A stretch of DNA of 64,000 nt, taken from positions 38,774 through 102,773 of the forward strand of contig CACAIY010000002.1 in the NCBI GenBank assembly GCA_902532675.1, given 5' to 3'. This document shows positions 35,170-45,470 of the stretch, one piece after another. The notes below the pieces were generated by a model, which made no database searches, was not told where the DNA came from, and saw nothing but the letters and a program-made list of their open reading frames with translations. The number at the start of each line of letters is the position of its first letter. Within the stretch, counting starts at the first letter, position 1. Source of the DNA: an uncultured SAR86 cluster bacterium. Lineage in GTDB: Bacteria; Pseudomonadota; Gammaproteobacteria; Magnimaribacterales; Magnimaribacteraceae. The translations under genes were made by a program, and so were the position numbers.

Positions 35170-36642
35170 ATGACAAAAGATCAACCCGATAAGAGGTTAA
35201 GACCAGAACTTCCTAAAGATCCATTTGGCGATTTCCAATATCGTCAAGCATTAGCTGAGGAAATGCTTCCTATGATAGGTCGTATCTATAGAAGTAATGT
35301 GCATCTTCTTTTGTACGGGAAGCCTCTAGTTAATCTATCAGTTTCTGAGATCATGAATTCTCATAGGTTTGTAAGGGAAACAGAGAATAATGAACTAAGT
35401 GAATTTGAAACCTATCAAGTCATCGTTGCATTAAGTGATTTAGATTTAGGTCCAGCAGAAATAGATATAGGTATTATCGCTGCCGCCTATCTATTTGAAG
35501 ATAAAGGTCTTAGCTTAGAAGAGTTTGTTCAGGAGTCTGTAATAGATTTAGTAGGTAAATCAGGAGCCATTCTTGATCAAGCTCAAGATGTTGTTTTGTA
35601 TGGTTTCGGCAGAATAGGAAGATTGCTTACGAGAATGCTTATTGAAGATTCAGCAGGTGGAGACAATCTAAGACTTAGAGCAATTGTAGTTAGAAAAGCA
35701 ATAGATGATGACATCATCAAAAGAGCTAACTTAATGAGAACTGACTCAGTACATGGGCCTTTTAAAGGAACTATAAGGGTAGTGGAAGAAGAGGATTTAT
35801 TAATTATTAACGGAAATGAAGTAAAGGTTATCTATTCTAATGACCCAACAACTATCAACTATACTGAATATGGAATAGAGAATGCTTTGTTGATAGACAA
35901 TACAGGAGTCTGGAGAACAAAAGAAGGACTAGGAAAACATCTGAATTGCAAAGGTATCTCTAAGGTTCTATTAACTGCACCAGCAAAAGATGGAATTAAA
36001 AACATAGTTCACGGAATTAATAATGAAATTATTGATAACGATGATGTTTTAGGAGCTGCTTCTTGTACCACTAATGCAATTGTCCCAACTCTAAAAGTAT
36101 TGAATGACGAATATGAAATTAAATCAGGACACATTGAAAGCGTTCATTCGTATACCAATGACCAAAATTTAATTGATAATTTCCATAAAAAAGAAAGAAG
36201 AGGAAGAAGTGCCGCTCTTAATATTGTAATTACAGAAACTGGAGCAGGAAAAGCCGTTGGACAAGTATTACCAGAACTTCTTGGAAAGCTCTCTGCTAAT
36301 GCAGTAAGAGTACCAACACCTAATGTTTCTTTAGCAATTATGAGCTTGGAATTAGGTAAAGAAGTGAATGTTGAAAGTTTAAACGATTTTCTTAGACAGA
36401 AAGCATTTCACTCAGATCTAAAAGAGCAAATAGGCTTTACCAACTCTCCTGAAGTAGTTTCTACGGATTTTGTTAGCGATAGTCACGCTGGAATAGTCGA
36501 TTCGGCTGCTACCATCGTAAATGGTAATAAATGTGTTCTTTATATTTGGTATGACAATGAATATGGTTATACAGCTCAACTTCTCGGTTTGGCTAAAGAA
36601 ATGGTAGGTTTAACTTACAAAAGATACCCAAATTTTAGCTAA
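35170..36642 (+). CDS. glyceraldehyde-3-phosphate dehydrogenase family protein, long form with an N-terminal extension of about 130 aa
   Basis: 490 aa. Rossmann GFGRIGR at about residue 145, catalytic ASCTTNA, WYDNEYGY near the C-terminus. The position immediately upstream of nqrA matches the Pseudomonas arrangement. Confidence 0.85.
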   Translation: MTKDQPDKRLRPELPKDPFGDFQYRQALAEEMLPMIGRIYRSNVHLLLYGKPLVNLSVSEIMNSHRFVRETENNELSEFETYQVIVALSDLDLGPAEIDIGIIAAAYLFEDKGLSLEEFVQESVIDLVGKSGAILDQAQDVVLYGFGRIGRLLTRMLIEDSAGGDNLRLRAIVVRKAIDDDIIKRANLMRTDSVHGPFKGTIRVVEEEDLLIINGNEVKVIYSNDPTTINYTEYGIENALLIDNTGVWRTKEGLGKHLNCKGISKVLLTAPAKDGIKNIVHGINNEIIDNDDVLGAASCTTNAIVPTLKVLNDEYEIKSGHIESVHSYTNDQNLIDNFHKKERRGRSAALNIVITETGAGKAVGQVLPELLGKLSANAVRVPTPNVSLAIMSLELGKEVNVESLNDFLRQKAFHSDLKEQIGFTNSPEVVSTDFVSDSHAGIVDSAATIVNGNKCVLYIWYDNEYGYTAQLLGLAKEMVGLTYKRYPNFS

Positions 36643-36718
36643 TCTTCTAGCTTTATAACTCTCTGATCTTTATAATACGCACGCGTTCAAGCCTGCATTT
36701 TTAAATATCATATAGGGA

Positions 36719-38071
36719 ATGATAAAAATAAAAAAAGGTCTTAATATACCCATCAACGGTGAGCCTACCGAAGAAATCAATGACTCAAAAAAAAGTCGCT
36801 CTGTTGCAATTTTAGGAGATGATTACATTGGCATGAAGCCAACTATGTTGGTTGAAGAAGGAGACGAAGTTAAATTAGGCCAAGCATTATTTGAAGACAA
36901 AAAAAATCCTGGTGTCATTTTTACATCTCCTGCTGGTGGAAAGGTAGAATCAATCAATCGAGGTGACAGAAGAGCTCTTCAATCGGTTGTCATAGAGATT
37001 GCTAAGGATGAAGATTCTGTAGACTTTAAATCTTTCTCGATAAGTGAATTAACTAAAGCTAATACAGGCGAACTAAGAAAACAATTAATTGCTTCTGGAA
37101 TGTGGACCTCTTTCAGAACTAGGCCATATAGTAAAATTCCAAAAATAGATTCTTCCCCTAAAAATTTATTTATTTCAGCTTTAGATACACAGCCTCTTAG
37201 TCCTAATCCGGAAAAAATTATTAACCTAAAAAAAGAAAGCTTTAACTTTGGACTTTTAGTTTTAAAAATACTCTTAGATTGCCCAATTCATATTTCTACT
37301 ATTGAAGATTCAACTTTATCTTTATCAGAAGACAGCAATATAAAATTACATACTGTTTCTGGGCCTCATCCTGCTGGTCTTGTAGGCACTCAAATGCATT
37401 TCATATCTCCAGCGTCTTTATCAAATATCAATTGGTCTATTGGCTATCAAGATGTAATTGCTATAGGGCAATTATTTGAAACCGGGAAGATTAATGTTCA
37501 AAGGATAATCTCTATTGCTGGTCCTCAAGTAAATAATCCTGCGTATTTCGAAACTAGGTTAGGAGCCTGTTCAGATGAAATTACTGCTGGTGAATTAACT
37601 CAAAGGGAAAATAGGATTATTTCGGGTTCTGTTATTTCAGGAAGAGAGGCTGTTGGTCCATATGCATATCTAGGACGTTATCATAATCAAATCTCTGTTG
37701 TTGCTGAACCAAATTCAAAAGACAGAGAGTTCATGAATTGGCTAACTCCAGGCCCAAGAAAATTCTCGAAGATCCCTCTATTCTTGTCTTCACTTTTTCC
37801 CAATAAGATTTTTAAATTTAAAGCCCTAATGAATGGATCAGATCGTCCCATAGTTCCCATAGGAATATATGAAGAAGTTTTACCTTTTAATTTCTTGCCC
37901 ACAATGCTGTTAAGAAATGTGGTCCTGATGGATACAGAAAAGATACAGGCCCTTGGCGGATTAGAGCTTGATGAAGAAGATCTATCTTTGTGTAGCTTTG
38001 TTTGTCCAGGTAAATATGATTTTGGCTCTCTATTAAGGGCAGGTTTAACAAAAATAGAAATAGAAGGCTAA
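36719..38071 (+). CDS. nqrA: Na+-translocating NADH:quinone oxidoreductase subunit A
   Basis: 450 aa. N-terminus MIKIKKGLNIPINGEP is typical of NqrA. First gene of a complete nqrABCDEF cluster. Confidence 0.95.
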   Translation: MIKIKKGLNIPINGEPTEEINDSKKSRSVAILGDDYIGMKPTMLVEEGDEVKLGQALFEDKKNPGVIFTSPAGGKVESINRGDRRALQSVVIEIAKDEDSVDFKSFSISELTKANTGELRKQLIASGMWTSFRTRPYSKIPKIDSSPKNLFISALDTQPLSPNPEKIINLKKESFNFGLLVLKILLDCPIHISTIEDSTLSLSEDSNIKLHTVSGPHPAGLVGTQMHFISPASLSNINWSIGYQDVIAIGQLFETGKINVQRIISIAGPQVNNPAYFETRLGACSDEITAGELTQRENRIISGSVISGREAVGPYAYLGRYHNQISVVAEPNSKDREFMNWLTPGPRKFSKIPLFLSSLFPNKIFKFKALMNGSDRPIVPIGIYEEVLPFNFLPTMLLRNVVLMDTEKIQALGGLELDEEDLSLCSFVCPGKYDFGSLLRAGLTKIEIEG

Positions 38072-39277
38072 ATGAGACCTTTAAGAAAGATTTTAGATAA
38101 TTTAAAGCCTAAGTTTATAAACGGCGGTTCTTTAGAGAAGTATTACCCAATTTATGATGTTATTGAAAATCTTTTCTATTCTTCTGACAAAAGAACTTTT
38201 GGCTCTGTTCATATAAGAGACAGTATAGACCTTCAAAAAGTGATGGTTGTTGTCTGGATGGCCACTTTCCCTGCAATGTTTTATGGAATGTATAATTTAG
38301 GATTTCAATCGCTTTCAGCTTTTGAACAATTAGGAACTATAAATAAAGACGATTGGCATTTTATTTTTATAGATCTTCTGTGTAATTATGATCCTAAAAG
38401 TATATTTGATTGTATTTGGTTTGGGGCCTGCTACTTTATTCCTATCTATCTAGTTACATTTCTAGTTGGAATTGCTTGGGAAGTGGTATTTGCAATAGTT
38501 AGAGGTCACGAAATCAATGAAGGGGCATTTGTAACCACAGTCTTATTTGCTCTTTGCTGCCCGCCTGATGCTCCATTATGGCAAGTAGCTTTAGGTATAA
38601 GCTTTGGTATTGTAGTAGCAAAAGAAATCTTTGGAGGCACTGGAAAAAATTTCTTGAACCCTGCATTAGCTGGAAGAGCGTTTCTGTATTTTGCTTACCC
38701 AGTTCATTGGTCGGGAGACTCTGTATGGGTGGCAGTAGATGGATATAGTTCACCAACAATATTGGGTATAGGTGCTCAAGAGGGTTTAGAAGGTATTCAA
38801 ATGCAATACTCCTGGTTAGATTCTTTCTTTGGAAACATTCCTGGTTCTATCGGAGAAACTTCAACATTATTTATCCTGCTAGGACTTGTGGTGCTTTTAT
38901 ATACTAGAGTAGCTTCTTGGAGAATAATAGCAGGTGTCTTGCTTGGTACGTTGCTGACTTCTCTTTTATTTAATCTTATAGGTTCTGATACAAACCCGAT
39001 GTTTTCTTTACCATTTCATTGGCACTTAGTTATTGGCGGCTTTGCTTTTGGGCTAACTTTTATGGCTGTTGAGCCAGTCTCAGGATCGCATACAAATTTA
39101 GGAAGATGGTATTACGGTTTTTTAATAGGGATAATGGTTGTTTTAATTAGAGTTGTGAACCCTGCTTATCCAGAAGGCATGATGCTTGCTATACTTTTCG
39201 CAAATTTATTTGCACCATTAATTGATCATTTTGTACAAGAGAGAAATATTAAACAAAGATTGAGGACCTCTGAATGA
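38072..39277 (+). CDS. nqrB: Na+-NQR subunit B
   Basis: 401 aa polytopic membrane protein. Conserved [11 protein letters not shown] and the FMN-attachment region (SGSHT-like VEPVSGSHT). Confidence 0.95.
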   Translation: MRPLRKILDNLKPKFINGGSLEKYYPIYDVIENLFYSSDKRTFGSVHIRDSIDLQKVMVVVWMATFPAMFYGMYNLGFQSLSAFEQLGTINKDDWHFIFIDLLCNYDPKSIFDCIWFGACYFIPIYLVTFLVGIAWEVVFAIVRGHEINEGAFVTTVLFALCCPPDAPLWQVALGISFGIVVAKEIFGGTGKNFLNPALAGRAFLYFAYPVHWSGDSVWVAVDGYSSPTILGIGAQEGLEGIQMQYSWLDSFFGNIPGSIGETSTLFILLGLVVLLYTRVASWRIIAGVLLGTLLTSLLFNLIGSDTNPMFSLPFHWHLVIGGFAFGLTFMAVEPVSGSHTNLGRWYYGFLIGIMVVLIRVVNPAYPEGMMLAILFANLFAPLIDHFVQERNIKQRLRTSE

Positions 39278-40053
39278 ATAACGATACAATCAGAAAAACT
39301 CTAATTGTAGCTATCTCTTTGTGTTTAGTTTGCTCAGCTTTAATCTCTTTTTCGGCAGTTGAGTTAAGGGATCTGCAAGAAGCCAATAAAACATTAGATA
39401 AACAAACTAAAATCTTATCAGCCGCCGGTTTATTAGTAACTGATAAAGACGTTTCTTCCTTATTTAAATCTATTGAAATTAAGATAGTTAATCTCGAAAC
39501 AGGCCTATTTGATTCAAGTATCAGTATAGAAGATTTTGATGAAAGTTCTTTTTCTAGAAATCCTAATACGTCAATAGAGCTTACTTCTGATACAGATATA
39601 GCTTTACTAAAACGAAGGGAAAATTTTCAGTCTATATATCTCCACTATGACAATGAAGATTTAAATGCAATTATTTTGCCAGTAAGAGGTTACGGTTTAT
39701 GGGGCACGATGAAAGGTTATTTAGCCTTAGAGTCAGATCTAAAGACAATAATAGGTTTAGAGTTTTTTGATCATAAAGAAACACCTGGTTTAGGAGGAGA
39801 AATTGTGAATCCAAGATGGAAAGCAATTTGGAAAGGGAAAGAAGTTTATTCTGATACAGGAGATGTAGTCATCTCAGTAATTAAGGGATCGGTAGATAAG
39901 GGGAACGAAAAGGCTAAGTATCAAGTTGATGGACTGTCAGGTGCAACGATTACCAGCAATGGAGTTACTAATTTACTTTCTTTTTGGTTAGGAGAGATGG
40001 GATATGGACCATTAATAAAACAAATAAGATCAATGGAGTCTGTAGATGTCTAA
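39274..40053 (+). CDS. nqrC: Na+-NQR subunit C
   Basis: 259 aa. Single N-terminal TM and FMN-attachment motif ([10 protein letters not shown]). Confidence 0.95.
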   Translation: MNNDTIRKTLIVAISLCLVCSALISFSAVELRDLQEANKTLDKQTKILSAAGLLVTDKDVSSLFKSIEIKIVNLETGLFDSSISIEDFDESSFSRNPNTSIELTSDTDIALLKRRENFQSIYLHYDNEDLNAIILPVRGYGLWGTMKGYLALESDLKTIIGLEFFDHKETPGLGGEIVNPRWKAIWKGKEVYSDTGDVVISVIKGSVDKGNEKAKYQVDGLSGATITSNGVTNLLSFWLGEMGYGPLIKQIRSMESVDV

Positions 40054-40714
40054 AGCAAAACAAGTCTTATTAAATCCAATATTCAATGACAATCCTATTG
40101 CTTTACAGATTTTAGGTATATGTTCAGCTCTTGCTGTAACTGGCACACTCTACATAACGTTAATTATGTGTGTTGCCTTAACGGCAGTAGTAACTTTATC
40201 TAATTTCTTTGTTTCTCTAATAAGAAATCATATTCCAACCAATATTAGGATTATTGTCCAGATTTCGATTATTGCTACATTGGTAATGTTGGTTGATGAG
40301 GTGCTTCAGGCTTATGATTATGAAAGCAGTAAAACCTTGTCTGTTTTTGTAGGCTTAATTGTGACTAATTGTATTGTCATGGGAAGAGCAGAAGCCTTTG
40401 CTATGAAAAATGGTCCCATAATGAGTGCAATTGATGGTTTTGGGAATGGATTAGGGTATAGCATCATTTTGATAGTTATTGCTGTAATAAGAGAGTTTGT
40501 TGGAGCAGGTACTTTTTATGGAATAGAGATAATGCCTTTAACAACTAATGGCGGCTGGTATCTTGCTAATAACTTCTTTCTTACTCCTGCTAGTTCATTT
40601 TTTATAATAGGTTTTACTATCTGGGCATTAAGGCAATGGAAAACTGACCAAATAGAAGAACCAGAATTTAAAATTTCTAAAAATAGCTTAGAAGCTAAGG
40701 AGACATCTGTCTAA
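40046..40714 (+). CDS. nqrD: Na+-NQR subunit D
   Basis: 222 aa, 6 TM, RnfE/NqrD family ([24 protein letters not shown]). Confidence 0.95.
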   Translation: MSKAKQVLLNPIFNDNPIALQILGICSALAVTGTLYITLIMCVALTAVVTLSNFFVSLIRNHIPTNIRIIVQISIIATLVMLVDEVLQAYDYESSKTLSVFVGLIVTNCIVMGRAEAFAMKNGPIMSAIDGFGNGLGYSIILIVIAVIREFVGAGTFYGIEIMPLTTNGGWYLANNFFLTPASSFFIIGFTIWALRQWKTDQIEEPEFKISKNSLEAKETSV

Positions 40715-41313
40715 TGATAGAAGCATATCTAAGCATATTTATAAAAGCTGTATTCATAGAAAATATCGCAATTAATTTCTTTCTAGGCATGTGTACTTTT
40801 TTAGCTATCTCAAAAAAAATACAGCCTGCAATAGGTCTTGGTATAGCTGTTATAGTTGTACTAGGTTTAGCTGTCCCTATTAATAACTTGATCTACAATT
40901 TTTTCTTAAAAGCAGACGCTTTATTCCCTGGATCAGACTTACATTTTGTAGGCTTAATATGTTACATCGGCATAATTGCCGCTTTAGTACAAATTTTAGA
41001 AATGTTCTTAGATAAATTTCTTCCTACTCTATACAACGCTTTAGGAGTCTTTTTACCGCTTATAACAGTCAATTGTGCTATTTTGGGAGGTGTACTCTTT
41101 TCCATAGAAAGGAATTTGCTTTTCACTGAAAGTGTTGTTTATGGATTAGGAGCTGGAACTGGCTGGGCATTAGCTATAGTTGCTTTAGCTGGTATAACAG
41201 AGAGACTCAAATATGCAGATATTCCAGAAGGTCTGCAAGGTCTAGGCATAACTTTTATAACGGTTGGTCTTATGTGTTTTGGATTCTTATCTTTTGGAGG
41301 TATTTCTTTATAA
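40714..41313 (+). CDS. nqrE: Na+-NQR subunit E
   Basis: 199 aa, 6 TM, RnfA/NqrE family ([19 protein letters not shown]). Confidence 0.95.
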   Translation: MIEAYLSIFIKAVFIENIAINFFLGMCTFLAISKKIQPAIGLGIAVIVVLGLAVPINNLIYNFFLKADALFPGSDLHFVGLICYIGIIAALVQILEMFLDKFLPTLYNALGVFLPLITVNCAILGGVLFSIERNLLFTESVVYGLGAGTGWALAIVALAGITERLKYADIPEGLQGLGITFITVGLMCFGFLSFGGISL

Positions 41314-41314
41314 A

Positions 41315-42547
41315 ATGAATTTTTTACAAAATGAAATCTTTTTAGGAGTTTTAGTTTTTACTCTTGCAGTTAACATGATGGTTTTTATCATCTTAGTTGC
41401 ACGAAAACTTTTAGTATCATCCGGTAATGTAAGCATCTCAATGAATGAAGATGCTAAATCTATCAATGTAGAAGCTGGAGGAAAGCTTTTACAAACTCTT
41501 GCGGCTCAGAATCTATTTCTTTCTTCCGCATGCGGTGGAGGCGGTACTTGCGCTCAATGTAAATGTAAAGTTGTAAGTGGAGGCGGGTCTATATTACCTA
41601 CTGAAGAATCACATTTTACTAATAAAGAAAAAAAAGAAGGGTGGAGATTGTCTTGCCAAGTTCCGGTAAAAGACAATATGCAAATAGTTGTTCCTGATGA
41701 GGTCTTTGGCGCTAAGAAATGGGAATGTGAAGTTATCTCAAACAAGAATGTTGCAACCTTCATAAAGGAACTTGTTCTTAAGTTACCAGAAGGTGAAGAG
41801 GTTGGTTTTAAGGCAGGAGGTTATGTCCAAATGGAGATTCCTCCTTATGAATTAGACTATAAGACGTTTGATATTGAAGAAGAATACCATGGTGATTGGG
41901 ATAGATTTGGAGTTTGGGAACATAAATCTAAAACTTTTGAACCCGTCATAAGAGCTTATTCAATGGCTAATTATCCAAATGAAAAGGGCATAATGAAATT
42001 TAACATCAGAATTTCTTCACCTCCTCCAGGTACTGATTTTCCTCCAGGAGAAATGAGTTCATATATTTTTAATCTTAAAGAAGGAGACAAGCTAACTATA
42101 TTTGGACCTTTTGGAGACTTTTTTGCTGAAGAAACAGATAATGAGATGGTCTTTATAGGTGGTGGAGCAGGCATGGCACCAATGAGATCTCATATCTTTG
42201 ACCAACTTCTTAGGCTTAATTCAAATAGGAAAATTACATTCTTTTATGGTGCAAGGAGTTTAAGTGAAATGTTCTATACTGAAGAATATGATAAATTGGC
42301 TGAAGAACATGAAAATTTTGAATGGCATGTAGCCTTATCAGATGCTTTGCCAGAAGATAACTGGGAAGGACTCACTGGCTTTATCCATCAAGTAATTCAT
42401 GATGAATATTTAAAAGATCATCCTGCTCCTGAAGACTGTGAATACTATATGTGCGGTCCGCCAATGATGATGGATTCATGTTTTAAAATGCTTGATAGTT
42501 TAGGTGTAGAACCAGAAGCAATTAAATTTGATGATTTTGGGAGTTAA
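41315..42547 (+). CDS. nqrF: Na+-NQR subunit F (2Fe-2S ferredoxin + FAD/NADH domain)
   Basis: The start is taken at ATG 41315 ([11 protein letters not shown]), 1 nt after the nqrE stop. The track ORF start at 41264 lies inside nqrE. 2Fe-2S motif [15 protein letters not shown] motif [12 protein letters not shown] motif GGGAGMAP. Confidence 0.93.
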   Translation: MNFLQNEIFLGVLVFTLAVNMMVFIILVARKLLVSSGNVSISMNEDAKSINVEAGGKLLQTLAAQNLFLSSACGGGGTCAQCKCKVVSGGGSILPTEESHFTNKEKKEGWRLSCQVPVKDNMQIVVPDEVFGAKKWECEVISNKNVATFIKELVLKLPEGEEVGFKAGGYVQMEIPPYELDYKTFDIEEEYHGDWDRFGVWEHKSKTFEPVIRAYSMANYPNEKGIMKFNIRISSPPPGTDFPPGEMSSYIFNLKEGDKLTIFGPFGDFFAEETDNEMVFIGGGAGMAPMRSHIFDQLLRLNSNRKITFFYGARSLSEMFYTEEYDKLAEEHENFEWHVALSDALPEDNWEGLTGFIHQVIHDEYLKDHPAPEDCEYYMCGPPMMMDSCFKMLDSLGVEPEAIKFDDFGS

Positions 42548-42556
42548 TATCTTAAA

Positions 42557-43564
42557 TTGAAATTCTCATACATCGCTTCACTTATTCTTTCTGTCTTTTT
42601 ACTTTTTTTCTTTCTTCTAGATTCTAATAAAGAAACTGAACCTTTGTCTTTTGAAGGACAGGTTATGGGTACTACTTACAAAGTTATTCTTTATGGAACA
42701 AACATTCAAACTTCTCAAATAGATATAAATAATATCTTTGAAGGTGTAAATCAAGAAATGTCTACCTACCTTGCGAATTCATCTATTTCTCAGATTAATA
42801 CAAATGATCTATTTGAATGGTCTAAAGTTTCTAAAGGATTTATTCATGTTTTAAGTTTTGCTATAGATCTCTGTAATGCCACTGATGGCATATATGATGT
42901 TTCAGTAGGAAGATTAGTAAATAAGTGGGGCTTTGGTCCAACTGAAGTGTCTCGTTTAACGCAAGATGAAGAAAGAAATATAGTGGAAGAGATAGGGTGC
43001 GATTCTGTCCAAGTTAATCAAGAATCAGTAAGAAGATTAAAAGAGGTACACCTTGATTTTTCTTCTATCGCTAAAGGGTATGCTATAGATTTAGTACATT
43101 TAGAACTTTTGTCTGATGCAAGTATTGAATCTCACTATATAGAATTAGGTGGAGAGATAAGAACTTCTGCTATTAAGAGACATAACATGCCTTGGGTGGT
43201 CGGTATACAGGACCCTGAAGATCCCAATAATTTTCTAATTAAGCTTCAATCAAATAAGTTTAAGGAGTTTTCTGTTGCAACTTCAGGTGATTACAGAAAT
43301 TTTAGAGTCTTTGATGAGCAAATGGTCTCTCATACAGTTAATACAAAGTTAGGCAAACCTAAGGCTTACTCAAAAACTTCAGTAACTGTAATTGCAGAAA
43401 ATGCAATGAAAGCAGACGCGTTGGCAACTGCACTAAATGCAATGGAACTAGAAGAGGCTATAAAATATTCAAATCAAAATAATATAAATGCAATTTTTAT
43501 ATCCAATCAAAATAAGTCATCTAACTTAATATTTTCTAATTCCTTGTTAAAAATAGTAAAATAA
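42557..43564 (+). CDS. apbE: FAD:protein FMN transferase (flavin transferase for NqrB/NqrC)
   Basis: 335 aa, TTG start, N-terminal signal/anchor. ApbE family segments (VMGTTYKV, FSSIAKGYAID, ATSGDYRNF, ADALATAL). Position after nqrF. Confidence 0.9.
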   Translation: MKFSYIASLILSVFLLFFFLLDSNKETEPLSFEGQVMGTTYKVILYGTNIQTSQIDINNIFEGVNQEMSTYLANSSISQINTNDLFEWSKVSKGFIHVLSFAIDLCNATDGIYDVSVGRLVNKWGFGPTEVSRLTQDEERNIVEEIGCDSVQVNQESVRRLKEVHLDFSSIAKGYAIDLVHLELLSDASIESHYIELGGEIRTSAIKRHNMPWVVGIQDPEDPNNFLIKLQSNKFKEFSVATSGDYRNFRVFDEQMVSHTVNTKLGKPKAYSKTSVTVIAENAMKADALATALNAMELEEAIKYSNQNNINAIFISNQNKSSNLIFSNSLLKIVK

Positions 43565-43568
43565 GAAA

Positions 43569-43745
43569 ATGCTAACAGGTTTAATAACATTTTTAGTTTT
43601 ACTTTTAATTGTTACTGCAATGTCAGTAGGAATTTTCTTTGGTAAAAAACCCATATCAGGCTCTTGTGGAGGTTTAGCAAATCTAGAACCTGGTAGAGAA
43701 TGTGATTTGTGTGGCGGAAATCCTTCTAAGTGCATTGAGCAATAA
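43569..43745 (+). CDS. nqrM: (Na+)-NQR maturation protein NqrM (DUF539)
   Basis: Not in the ORF track (58 aa). MLTGLITFLVLLLIVTAMSVGIFFGKKPISGSCGGLANLEPGRECDLCGGNPSKCIEQ has one TM helix plus the conserved Cys cluster. Canonical position after apbE. Confidence 0.8.
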   Translation: MLTGLITFLVLLLIVTAMSVGIFFGKKPISGSCGGLANLEPGRECDLCGGNPSKCIEQ

Positions 43746-43770
43746 AAAAGGAAGCAGTAGCTTCCTTTTT
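43745..43770. terminator. bidirectional intrinsic terminator between nqrM and aceA
   Basis: AAAAAGGAAGC-AGTA-GCTTCCTTTTT. A GC-containing stem is flanked by an A run and a T run, and it sits between convergent gene ends. Confidence 0.75.
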
Positions 43771-43787
43771 AAATTATAAGAGTTTTA

Positions 43788-45368
43788 CTAGAATTGATTC
43801 ATGGTGTTATCTTCACCTGAAGCTTTTAAAGCAGCTTCACCAGCAAAATATTCTTTATGGTCATCGCCCATATCCGATCCAGCCATATTTTGATGTTTTA
43901 CGCATGCAATTCCTTCTCGTATTTCTTTTCTCTGCACATTTTCAACATAACCTAGCATTCCTTTATCGCCAAAGTATTCTTTAGCAAGATTATCAGTCGA
44001 AAGGGCAGCAGTATGATATGTCGGTAGAGTGATAAGGTGGTGAAATATACCGGCTTCTTTTGCAGCATCTGCTTGGAAAGTACGTATTTTTTCATCTGCT
44101 TCTTTGCCAAGATCTGAGTCGTCGTATTTTTCATTCATTAGATCATTTCTATCATATTCACTAATATCCTTTCCTGCTTCTTCCATGGTATCAAATACTT
44201 GTTGTCTAAAATTTAAAGTCCAATTAAATGAAGGGCTATTGTTGTAAACAAGTTTAGCATTTGGAACAACCTTCTTAATTTCATTCATCATTGCTCCGAT
44301 CTGACCTATATGTGGTTTTTCAGTTTCAATCCAGATTAAATCAGCACCGTTTTGTAGACTAGTTATAGAATCCAGTATGCAGCGTGCTTCACCTGTTCCT
44401 TCTTTAAATCTGTATAAGTTGCTAGGAAGTCTTTTTGGCCTTACAACTTTTCCATGATGATTTATTAATACATCTCCATGATTCAACTCAGAGTCAGGTA
44501 GCTCTTCAAGATCAAGAAAAGAGTTATATTGATCTCCTAAATCACCGACTTCTTCAGTTATGGCTATTTGTTTAGTTAAACCAGCACCTAATGAGTCAGT
44601 TCTGGCAACTATCAAACCATCATCTACTCCTAATTCTAAAAATGCATAACGAACAGCATTAATTTTGGCTAGGAAATCTGCGTGAGGAACTGTAACTTTT
44701 CCATCTTGGTGACCACATTGTTTCTCGTCAGAAACTTGATTTTCAATCTGTATACAACAAGCTCCAGCTTCTATCATTTGTTTTGCCATTAAATAAGTGG
44801 CTTCTTCATTACCAAAACCGGCATCAATATCAGCAATTATTGGTACGATATGAGTTTGGAAGTTATCAATTTTTTCTTGAATAGTTTTCTTCGCTTCCCC
44901 AGTTGCTTCATCTAATTCTCTAAATAAGCCACCTAATTCTCTTGCGTCAGCTTGCTTAAGGAATGTATAGAGTTCATCTATTAAGCTGGCAACTGTAGTT
45001 TTCTCATGCATTGACTGATCGGGCAGGGGACCAAATTGAGATCTTAGGGCAGCGACCATCCATCCTGACAGGTATAGGTATTTCTTTTCTGTTGAACCAA
45101 AGTGTTTCTTAATGGATATTAATTTCTGTTGTCCTATAAATCCATGCCAGCAACCTAAGGACTGAGTGTAAGCTTCAGGATTAGAATCATAATCATCCAT
45201 ATCTTTCCTCATAATAGAGGCTGTGTACTTGGCTATGTCGATACCTGATTGGAATTGATTTTGTAATCTCATGCGAGCAGCATGCTCTGGATTAACGTTG
45301 ACGTGAGCTCCCTTACCTTCTTTCTTAAGTTTTAGGAGGGTATCAATCATGTCTTTATAAATTGCCAT
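43788..45368 (-). CDS. aceA: isocitrate lyase (long, Pseudomonas-type, 526 aa)
   Basis: Near-collinear with P. aeruginosa ICL (SLGCWHGFIGQQKLISIKKH, IIADIDAGFGN, catalytic KQCGHQDGK). Confidence 0.95.
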   Translation of the reverse strand: MAIYKDMIDTLLKLKKEGKGAHVNVNPEHAARMRLQNQFQSGIDIAKYTASIMRKDMDDYDSNPEAYTQSLGCWHGFIGQQKLISIKKHFGSTEKKYLYLSGWMVAALRSQFGPLPDQSMHEKTTVASLIDELYTFLKQADARELGGLFRELDEATGEAKKTIQEKIDNFQTHIVPIIADIDAGFGNEEATYLMAKQMIEAGACCIQIENQVSDEKQCGHQDGKVTVPHADFLAKINAVRYAFLELGVDDGLIVARTDSLGAGLTKQIAITEEVGDLGDQYNSFLDLEELPDSELNHGDVLINHHGKVVRPKRLPSNLYRFKEGTGEARCILDSITSLQNGADLIWIETEKPHIGQIGAMMNEIKKVVPNAKLVYNNSPSFNWTLNFRQQVFDTMEEAGKDISEYDRNDLMNEKYDDSDLGKEADEKIRTFQADAAKEAGIFHHLITLPTYHTAALSTDNLAKEYFGDKGMLGYVENVQRKEIREGIACVKHQNMAGSDMGDDHKEYFAGEAALKASGEDNTMNQF

Positions 45369-45470
45369 TTTTATTCCTTTATTACTAATAAGTTAATTTT
45401 AGTTTTCTTTTATTTTGAAACATCCATGCATCAAAAAAAGAAAAGAAGTTTAACGAAGAATTGCTATAAA

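Noticed and set aside
41264-41314. N-terminal extensions offered by the ORF track for nqrF (41264), the first ACAD (32802) and thpR (8801).
   Set aside because: The extensions overlap the preceding gene or encode non-conserved residues. Internal ATGs (41315, 32841, 8765) give N-termini matching the family consensus and sit right after the upstream stop or an SD.
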